Source of the DNA: a bacterium
Lineage (GTDB): Bacteria > Elusimicrobiota > JBDRMW01 > JBDROU01
Length of the DNA: 64,000 nucleotides
Assembly: GCA_043809745.1 (NCBI GenBank)
Contig: JBDROU010000079.1
Coordinates: 1,163 to 65,162 of the forward strand
Direction: 5' to 3'
How positions within the stretch are numbered: position 1 is the stretch's first letter; each line of letters opens with the position of its first letter. The translations under genes and the position numbers were made by a program. This document shows, piece after piece, positions 50,856 to 57,721 of this stretch. The notes under the pieces are model-generated. The model was not told where the DNA came from and searched no databases. It saw nothing but the letters and a program-made list of their open reading frames with translations.

Positions 50856-50871
50856 CCCCCTAAGAGCCGAG

Positions 50872-50914
50872 TATCGTATATTCAACAATCTTATCAGTAA
50901 TAATACGATTTTTG
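50872..50914. terminator. candidate hairpin between the convergent giant gene and macro-domain gene (atcgtata...tacgat + tttt)
   Basis: 7-8-bp AT-rich stem with ~22-nt loop followed by TTTTG. Weak. Confidence 0.25.
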
Positions 50915-50943
50915 AAAAATGGTCTTCAGTTAACTGTTAGAAA

Positions 50944-51888
50944 CTATTTTTTACGGAAGAAATTTGAGTTTTTTATGATTAAAACGTTTGATTCCGCTAA
51001 TATTTTGAATTGTTCAAGAAAATGACCAAAAGCCTCGTTGTTGAATAAAGATATTACAATCAATTCTAAAGATGAGTTGGTTTTCCGCATGAAATAATCG
51101 AATATCTGCTGAAACATGGTCTTTGCGAGAGCATCGTAAGGAAACTTTCCAGTTGCGACACCTAAAGCAGGAATAGCAATAGTTTTTATGCTTTTTTCTT
51201 CCGCAATCTTAAGTATATTGGTTAATGATTGTTGTACATATGCTTTTGTTGTTTTCTTTTGTATTTCTCTATCTGGGAGCATAATGGCGGCATGCAGTAT
51301 GTAATTAAAAGGCAAATAACCGGCTTTTGTAGCTACAACGTCACAGATGTTTATCTCTGATCCGGTTTGTCTTGCTTCCTTTCTTATTGAATCTCCGCCT
51401 TTTACCCTTATAATTGACGCAAGGCCCTGTTCCATCCACAGATCAGTTGTGTCCGGGCTTACTATTGCTTCAACAGGGAGGCTTATTAAGTCCCCTTGCA
51501 GTATTTGAATTGAAGTGCGGTCCAGTGTAACTGTACAAAAAGAGTCTTCCAAAATGTCAGATAGGTTCGTGTCATTTCTTATGTTAACGCTATTTGACAG
51601 GAATTCGTCGTCAAAGGTTGAAACCTGCTTTAATTCTCCCCCGGTATTCTTGAGCGAGTTTCCCAGGTCAGTGATTATGGATTCGAGAAGGTCTTTTTCT
51701 TCAACTGTCAAATCTTTACTCATCTTCTCATTAACCATTTTTAGTATTTCCAGCGGAAGCACTTTGGTATTTTGATTATTTTTATCCTCTGAGATTTCTT
51801 TTATTTTATCTTTTGCAAGGTCGTAAAGATGAAAAGCAAGATGATTTAAATACGGATTAATTTTCTTATCTTCTGAAGTTTCTGACAT
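50944..51888 (-). CDS. macro-domain (ADP-ribose-binding / Appr-1-p-processing fold) protein with ~130-aa N-terminal helical extension, paralog A
   Basis: QILQGDLISLPVEAIVSPDTTDLWMEQGLASIIR aligns to Af1521-type macro KLAQGDITQYPAKAIVNAANKRLEHGGGVAYAI. ILHAAIMLP to FHTVGP. IKTIAIPALGVATGKFPYDALAKTMFQQIFDYF to ESIAFPAVSAGIYGCDLEKVVETFLEAV. The canonical NAAN and GGG loops are replaced by SPDT and MEQGLAS. Confidence 0.6.
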   Translation of the reverse strand: MSETSEDKKINPYLNHLAFHLYDLAKDKIKEISEDKNNQNTKVLPLEILKMVNEKMSKDLTVEEKDLLESIITDLGNSLKNTGGELKQVSTFDDEFLSNSVNIRNDTNLSDILEDSFCTVTLDRTSIQILQGDLISLPVEAIVSPDTTDLWMEQGLASIIRVKGGDSIRKEARQTGSEINICDVVATKAGYLPFNYILHAAIMLPDREIQKKTTKAYVQQSLTNILKIAEEKSIKTIAIPALGVATGKFPYDALAKTMFQQIFDYFMRKTNSSLELIVISLFNNEAFGHFLEQFKILAESNVLIIKNSNFFRKK

Positions 51889-52018
51889 ATTTATTTTACA
51901 GCTCTTCTCAATATGCTTACATATAAATTATATAAAAGGACAGGCCTTAAGCACAAGGTATTTTCAATTCAACTTAAAAATTAATATTGCTTTTCGCAGA
52001 TGTTTTAGGAGAACTGCT

Positions 52019-52954
52019 CTATATTTGTTTAGGTTGTTTGGAAGATTTCATAGTCAATGTGTTTGCCGCCGCAGCAATTTTGAGCTGTTCAACAAAATAA
52101 ACGTAGGCTTCTTTATTAAACAAAGAAATTATTATTAAATCTATACAGGTGTCAGATTTTTTAAGGAGATAATCAAAAATGCATAGCATCATTGTTTTTG
52201 CGAGTGCATCGTAAGGGAATTTATTAGTTGCTACGCCCAGAGTAGGTATTGCGATAGATTTTATTTGTTTTTCTTCAGAAATCTTGAAAATGTTTGATAA
52301 AGCTGTTTGAATATATTTCCTGTTTGTTTCCTTTTTAGATTCTCTTTCCGGGAACATGATTGCCGCATGAAATATATATTTTTGGGACATCTCCCCAGCA
52401 GTTGAGGAGACAACATCACCTACCCGGATAGAGCCTGCCAGGCGCGCTTCTCTTCTGATAGATTCTCCTCCCTTTAACCTGATTATTGAAGCAAGGCCCT
52501 GCTCCATCCAAAGATCAGTTGTGTCCGGACTTACGATTGCTTCTACAGGAAGATTTGTTATGTCGCCAAGAATTACTTGTACAGAAGTCTTGCCGATATC
52601 TACTGTTGAATAAGCTTCCTCTACAATGCTGGTTATTTTATAAGGTGCGTTTTTTAAGTTTTCAAGTGCTTCAAGTTGAGAGTCTAGAGATGATATGGTT
52701 TCTAATTTATTTTCAGACTTTTTCAGTGAAATATCAAGATCGGAAATAAGTGATATAATAAGCTTTTCTTCATCGTCAGTTAAATTCTCGGCGATCTTCT
52801 TTTTTAGCATTCTTAAAATGTCCAGAGGCAATATTGCGGCTATATCCTGCTTATTATTTGAGAGTGATTTAATTTTTGATTTTGCAAAATTGTACAGCGA
52901 AAATACAAGATTATTCAGGTGAGGATCGATTTTATTTTCTTCTTTTTTTTGCAT
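52019..52954 (-). CDS. macro-domain protein, paralog B (tandem duplicate of 50944-51888)
   Basis: About 55-60% aa identity to paralog A over full length. Identical 24-aa stretch LPVEAIVSPDTTDLWMEQGLASII. Same divergent loops. Confidence 0.6.
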   Translation of the reverse strand: MQKKEENKIDPHLNNLVFSLYNFAKSKIKSLSNNKQDIAAILPLDILRMLKKKIAENLTDDEEKLIISLISDLDISLKKSENKLETISSLDSQLEALENLKNAPYKITSIVEEAYSTVDIGKTSVQVILGDITNLPVEAIVSPDTTDLWMEQGLASIIRLKGGESIRREARLAGSIRVGDVVSSTAGEMSQKYIFHAAIMFPERESKKETNRKYIQTALSNIFKISEEKQIKSIAIPTLGVATNKFPYDALAKTMMLCIFDYLLKKSDTCIDLIIISLFNKEAYVYFVEQLKIAAAANTLTMKSSKQPKQI

Positions 52955-53056
52955 GTTATTATTTAATAGCCAATATAGTCTGGATTAATCAACAAAGGCA
53001 AAGCACAAAACAACCCTCGTTGCATTCTTTAAATAAAAAAAGCGGTTCCTAATTAT

Positions 53057-53263
53057 TTATAAAATTTCCGGTATTTCCAATCCAATATTAAATACCCGGG
53101 CGGTTATGTTAATAATGATCAATAAAATAGCGATAAGCATTCCGAAGCGGACCGCTAACTTCCAGATCTTTTTGTCTTGTTTAAAATCTTTGTAAGCCAC
53201 TAACGAGTTGTCTAAAACAAGATAGCACAAAAGAAAAATGATTATCCAATAGATAAGTGACAT
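53057..53263 (-). CDS. small membrane protein (68 aa, two predicted TM helices)
   Basis: MSLIYWIIIFLLCYLVL...GMLIAILLIIINITARVF. Strong SD on the coding strand: aaacaAGGAGGTGGAGAatg (rc of 53264-53283). Confidence 0.55.
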   Translation of the reverse strand: MSLIYWIIIFLLCYLVLDNSLVAYKDFKQDKKIWKLAVRFGMLIAILLIIINITARVFNIGLEIPEIL

Positions 53264-53269
53264 TCTCCA

Positions 53270-53278
53270 CCTCCTTGT
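53270..53278 (-). promoter_or_regulatory. Shine-Dalgarno (AGGAGGTGG) of the small membrane protein gene
   Basis: rc of + strand ...ccacctcct... located 5-6 nt upstream of the ATG. Confidence 0.6.
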
Positions 53279-53391
53279 TTAGTAAACTGCTTTGTTTATA
53301 TGGGTTACAAATTAATCATATAAAAAAAATCAGAACTTGTACATAACTTATTAAAATATATAGGTAAAATAGAAAAATTATGATTTGTGCT

Positions 53392-54165
53392 TTACTGCAA
53401 GCCATTAATGAAATCAGTAAAATATAGAATCTTTTTGATGTCATCAGGATTAAACAGAAATGCTTCCACATCCTTTGTTAAACGCTTAAAATCTAGAGTT
53501 TTGCACTTTAGCAGCATTTTTTTCTTAAGGCTTGCTATATCTTTAACAGAGATTTTTTGCTGTAGATATTTAAAATTTGGCTTTGCTCTGCCGAACAAAA
53601 ATACTGTATCGTAAAAATCCCTGCCCAGACTTCGTTTGCGGTGCAATATCGCGTAAAGTTTTTGTGAGAGCAAAATATCAATTGGCACAAAGCGGATTCT
53701 TAAGAACACATCAAACTTGTTAAGTATAATGAAAGTAGGTTCGTAATTGAAATTTTGTGGTTCGGTGTCAATTTGTATCAGTAATTTTTCTTCCTTATAC
53801 CCGGATAAACCCAAGTCATATAATACTTTGTTTATCTTCAAATAACATCTATAGGCTCCTTTAAAAACATTTTTTATTTCCACTATATATCCTTCCTGTT
53901 CCAACTTTCTCTTTATTAAGTCTGTCATCTGTCCAAATTCAAAGCGGTCTAATCCTAAATTGTCAAAATCAAGATCTTCTGAGAATCTGTTGTGATCATA
54001 TATAATGCGTAGTGCTGTGCCGCCCATAAACGCCAACTTGTGACCAAATTTAGAATCAAATATCACTGACAAAACTTTATATTGCAGATACTCCCGCATT
54101 ATATTTCTTTTGAAAGGTTTTAGATGATCCGGATAAAAAGCTTCTATTTGTTTAAGATCTAGCAT
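53392..54165 (-). CDS. abiEii: AbiEii-family nucleotidyltransferase toxin (type IV toxin-antitoxin / abortive infection)
   Basis: FMGGTALRIIYDHNRFSEDLDFD (GGTAL...R.SEDLDF signature of AbiEii/DUF1814 nucleotidyltransferases). ATG at 54165 preceded by AAGGAAT. The ORF track's longer TTG start at 54189 is less likely. Overlaps the abiEi stop by 14 nt. Confidence 0.75.
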   Translation of the reverse strand: MLDLKQIEAFYPDHLKPFKRNIMREYLQYKVLSVIFDSKFGHKLAFMGGTALRIIYDHNRFSEDLDFDNLGLDRFEFGQMTDLIKRKLEQEGYIVEIKNVFKGAYRCYLKINKVLYDLGLSGYKEEKLLIQIDTEPQNFNYEPTFIILNKFDVFLRIRFVPIDILLSQKLYAILHRKRSLGRDFYDTVFLFGRAKPNFKYLQQKISVKDIASLKKKMLLKCKTLDFKRLTKDVEAFLFNPDDIKKILYFTDFINGLQ

Positions 54166-54775
54166 TTTGGATATATTCCTTAAAAGCAAGGATTCTTCTT
54201 AAAAGTGACTTTTGCCCAATTTTCTCTGCCAAAACATCTAGTTTTTGGAGATTAACCTGTTTTTGGAACTCGTTTGTGTTTATTCTTAGTTTGGAGAAAT
54301 CATATTTGTCTTTTATAGTCGGATTAATATATAAATAATCCAGCACAGCCTTTTCCGGGCAGGCAATTTGGAAGTGTGTGTTATTGCTGCTGATCAAATC
54401 ATAACCAAAAAACATTTCTGACTTTATCATATGATACTTAAAATTAGCAAGAGGCGTCTTAAAAGAGCGTGTTAGCAAAGTGCTCATGGACGTGACCGCA
54501 TAAACGCTTTCCGGTATCAGATTATAGTAAGACAGGGCTGACTGAAGAGAGATATACGACGGTTTGTATATTTTATTAGATATGATAAAAAGACTAAATT
54601 CATCTAATTTTTCATCTGTGAATATATAATAGCCTCTAAGAACTTTTCTTATATATCCTTTATTCTGCCATTCATTAAGTCTGGTTCGATAGAATCCAGG
54701 GTCAATAATACGTATATCTGTCAGCGAGAATACCACAAAATCCTTAAGTGCCCTGTGAAACTCTAAAAAAGTCAT
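54152..54775 (-). CDS. abiEi: AbiEi-family antitoxin / transcriptional regulator
   Basis: MTFLEFHRALKDFVVFSLTDIRIIDPGFYRTRLNEWQNKGYIRKVLRGYYIF and SLQSALSYYNLIPESV match the AbiEi N-terminal wHTH and the conserved S.ALS.HGLIPE region. AGGAAG SD lies 5 nt upstream of ATG 54775, so the 12 upstream codons in the ORF track are unlikely to be translated. Confidence 0.75.
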   Translation of the reverse strand: MTFLEFHRALKDFVVFSLTDIRIIDPGFYRTRLNEWQNKGYIRKVLRGYYIFTDEKLDEFSLFIISNKIYKPSYISLQSALSYYNLIPESVYAVTSMSTLLTRSFKTPLANFKYHMIKSEMFFGYDLISSNNTHFQIACPEKAVLDYLYINPTIKDKYDFSKLRINTNEFQKQVNLQKLDVLAEKIGQKSLLRRILAFKEYIQNARS

Positions 54776-54790
54776 ATTACTTCCTATAAA

Positions 54791-54804
54791 TACTAATATT
54801 AGTA
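54791..54804. promoter_or_regulatory. perfect 14-bp palindrome TACTAATATTAGTA immediately upstream of the abiEi SD: candidate AbiEi autoregulatory operator
   Basis: tactaat|attagta is self-complementary. It is positioned 8-20 nt upstream of the RBS. Confidence 0.45.
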
Positions 54805-54908
54805 CTTTCAAGAAGTATATTATATATAATATGGCTGTTTGTCAAGTGGAAAATGTAAAATTTATTAGCAGTAGAGATATTCTAAAATTAGAGCAAAATT
54901 AGCATATC

Positions 54909-55301
54909 TTACTTTTCATTGAATAGATCGGGGGGGAATCTGGTGGGTTTCCAATCAGCATTTACGCAAACATGATTTGTGTGGCCGCTTACCAATAACT
55001 TATTATCTTTATTCTTTATCTCGTAAGTGAAGCGAATAAAAACCCTTTTTATTTCATCTATCCTGGTTTCAACTGTAATTATATCATCATAGTAGGAAGG
55101 CGCAAAATATCTAACGTGGGATTCGGTTACAGGCAGAAATAGCTTAAATTTATCTTCCATTTTCTTGTATTCATAACCGGAATCTCTTATATATTCTGTT
55201 CTGCCGCGTTCAAAATATACGAGGTAGTTCGCATAGTAAACAACGCCCATTTTGTCTACGTCTGCATAAGGAATTCTAATGTCTAATTTATGGATCTTCA
55301 T
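54909..55301 (-). CDS. acyl-CoA thioesterase, YbgC/4HBT hotdog-fold family
   Basis: IRIPYADVDKMGVVYYANYLVYFERGRTEYIRDSG matches the 4HBT/YbgC N-terminal signature R.Y.EDTD..G.V.HANYL.. (FE.AR.E). 130 aa. Confidence 0.75.
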   Translation of the reverse strand: MKIHKLDIRIPYADVDKMGVVYYANYLVYFERGRTEYIRDSGYEYKKMEDKFKLFLPVTESHVRYFAPSYYDDIITVETRIDEIKRVFIRFTYEIKNKDNKLLVSGHTNHVCVNADWKPTRFPPDLFNEK

Positions 55302-55512
55302 ATTTTTTTAGTATTAGGAGATATTCTAAAATACAATTGCTTAAAAGTCAAATTTTATATAAAAATATTTACAAACACTACGGGCATAAAAGCGTGGCAA
55401 CATAAGTGCTTCAGCCGGAGATGCTGGATTTTAAGGGTGCGCGGGTATCAGTACATCTATTGCAAATGTTTTGGTTAGAAATAACCTTACGAATCTGCGG
55501 AGTTCGGAGGGT

Positions 55513-57495
55513 TTAATTACTTTGGTTCGGAGAGTTTCTGAAGTAGGCCGGCCACGATGCAACTCCTGCTGATCGGGAAAGCGGTACGGAAATGATTTGA
55601 TCCTGTTCTATTCTGTTTGAACTATCTTTTGGAAGGTGGTTTTCAATCATGTCTGTGAATTGTTTTATTGTGATGAGTTCATTCAGCATAAGATATTTTC
55701 TCGAAGCTTCGATCCCTGGTTTGACAAGATTGTAAACCTGATTACTCTTTATAACAGAAATCCCCCAATATGCTGATACTTCTTCCCAGTAGCCCGGATT
55801 AAATATTTGAGGCAATTTTTCTCTATCAACGCCGTATTCAAGCATATACATGATTTGAAATCTCACCACATCTATAGCTTCAGCCGGTTTCTGTGCGGTA
55901 TGCATCATGGATTCAATAAGATAGGCTAGTCTTTCACGCTTGACATTTCTGTGCTGGGATAATTCTCTTAATGCCTGCTTGAGTCCCGGCTGTGCTAATT
56001 CAAACACCTCATCATGTCTTGTTATAGGAAATCCATGCTTTTTGCATGCCTGTTCCCAATATGATGGGGTGCCGATTCGCCCCTTTGATCCCGCTTGCCT
56101 GATATATGTACACTCTTCACGAATAACTTGAAAAGGATCTTTGCGGAAAGTATTCTTTTTTATATTTGGTTTATACTTGAAACCTTGCGGATACGGCGGC
56201 CTTTTGAGCAGCAGTTCGCCGGCTTCTTTCTTAAACGCTTGTTCTATAAGACCAAGCTGAACATTAATATCCTGTGATTCTCCTAAAATATTCAGAATTG
56301 TGTCTGCAACTTTCCTGTAAAGCGTGTCTCTTTGGAAAGTGTATGCTATGTCTCTCAAATTTTCAATAACAATTTCTGGGAACAGTGATATCAAAATCGT
56401 TGCAAGATTGGCAATAAGTTCGTTCTTAAAAGGGTTACTTACAAAGCCTGCTTCATGGTTCAACGTATGCTGGAGTTCATGCAGGGCTACTTCAAACCTG
56501 AATATAATCATGAGCTGCTCTCTGGCCTTAGCTTTTTCCTTTTGCGGTATGTGCGAAAAATGTTTATCCAGAAACACTTCTGCCATATTTTCAATTTTGC
56601 TTTTTATAATAACAGAACGTCCCATTGCTGTAAAACCTTCAAAATCAGGTTCTGTTGTGTTGTCTAAGCGCTCTGCTACAAGTACATTTCTTGTAACGCC
56701 GCTTTTAAGCTGCAGAGCGACTGTATCAATGATGCTATATGCTCTGTACAAAACACCCATTTTTACATCAATAGTCGCGCGCACAATAAAACCATGGTTT
56801 AGTATGAACTCATTGAATGCCCTGCAATTTTGTTCATATTCAATTAGAATATCAGCAATCTGAGCTGAACCGGTTTTTGCTCTCTCCATAAGACGCCTCA
56901 TCATGTGTTCATCTGCGCTGAATACGCTTATGAGTGCATTTCTTAAAGTATTTTTTTCCTTGATTTTCAGTTTGTATTCAATAGAAACTTTTTTTAGATA
57001 ACCAAGCATTTTAGCGCGCAATTCATTATGAAATTTGTGAGGATATTTGTTTGAATATTCGGCTAATGCATAAAGAATTTTGCTCAAAGCCAGCTGTGTC
57101 TTTTTCTGTTCAGGAGTAATACTTGAGAGTACTGCCGTATAAGCAAGATCCGGAAGCACATGCATTAAAGCAATCGCTTTGGTCAAAACAGCCGTGAATT
57201 CTTTTCTTGTTAACATAAGCTGCGGATGATTCTTTTTTTGATTATTTGCCGGCGGCGGTTTATAATTGAACAGATTACGAAATAAATCAAATAATTCTTG
57301 CCTTGAAACAACTTTTTGGCCGGTCTTTGTGACCGTCTGCGTATCCTGCTGTTGCTCGGCAGGTGATATTGGTACCAACGGCTGGTTTATAATTTCGGTT
57401 GTTCCCAAAGGAGCAATCTGCTTATAAGCATGGAGTTCATTTTGAATGAAGAATATGAGCAATATGATTAGAGAGATTATTTTTTTTAGAAACAT
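55513..57495 (-). CDS. secreted hypothetical protein with HExxH zinc-metallopeptidase-like motif
   Basis: N-terminal signal peptide MFLKKIISLIILLIFFIQNELHA. FEVALHELQHTLNHEAG (HELQH) at nt ~56470-56484. No other recognisable family features. Confidence 0.5.
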   Translation of the reverse strand: MFLKKIISLIILLIFFIQNELHAYKQIAPLGTTEIINQPLVPISPAEQQQDTQTVTKTGQKVVSRQELFDLFRNLFNYKPPPANNQKKNHPQLMLTRKEFTAVLTKAIALMHVLPDLAYTAVLSSITPEQKKTQLALSKILYALAEYSNKYPHKFHNELRAKMLGYLKKVSIEYKLKIKEKNTLRNALISVFSADEHMMRRLMERAKTGSAQIADILIEYEQNCRAFNEFILNHGFIVRATIDVKMGVLYRAYSIIDTVALQLKSGVTRNVLVAERLDNTTEPDFEGFTAMGRSVIIKSKIENMAEVFLDKHFSHIPQKEKAKAREQLMIIFRFEVALHELQHTLNHEAGFVSNPFKNELIANLATILISLFPEIVIENLRDIAYTFQRDTLYRKVADTILNILGESQDINVQLGLIEQAFKKEAGELLLKRPPYPQGFKYKPNIKKNTFRKDPFQVIREECTYIRQAGSKGRIGTPSYWEQACKKHGFPITRHDEVFELAQPGLKQALRELSQHRNVKRERLAYLIESMMHTAQKPAEAIDVVRFQIMYMLEYGVDREKLPQIFNPGYWEEVSAYWGISVIKSNQVYNLVKPGIEASRKYLMLNELITIKQFTDMIENHLPKDSSNRIEQDQIISVPLSRSAGVASWPAYFRNSPNQSN

Positions 57496-57721
57496 TTTTT
57501 GCTTTCATAAAAAAAGCTGCATATAAAATATTGAATAACCTGTTTTTATTATACACTTTTCATGTTAAGCATCAAGTAAAATTTGTGTAAAATGATAAAG
57601 AGATTTAGGCATATTTTTTATAGAAGAATTTACAAAAGCTTTACTTGATCTTAATATATATTTATTATTATTAACTCAGTGAAAAAATATTTGCAGAAAA
57701 AGGTATGAAAAAAATAGAACT

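Noticed and set aside
56324-56863. 179-aa + strand ORF antisense to the HExxH protein gene. Other short ORFs antisense to annotated genes: 55940-56131, 56095-56277, 56455-56667, 51515-51775, 52486-52749, 52695-52922, 53387-53614, 60545-60811, 60847-61044, 61196-61423, 61384-61581, 61928-62176 and 57753-58046.
   Set aside because: All lie opposite or overlap genes with clear family signatures and have no start context or motifs. Treated as noise.
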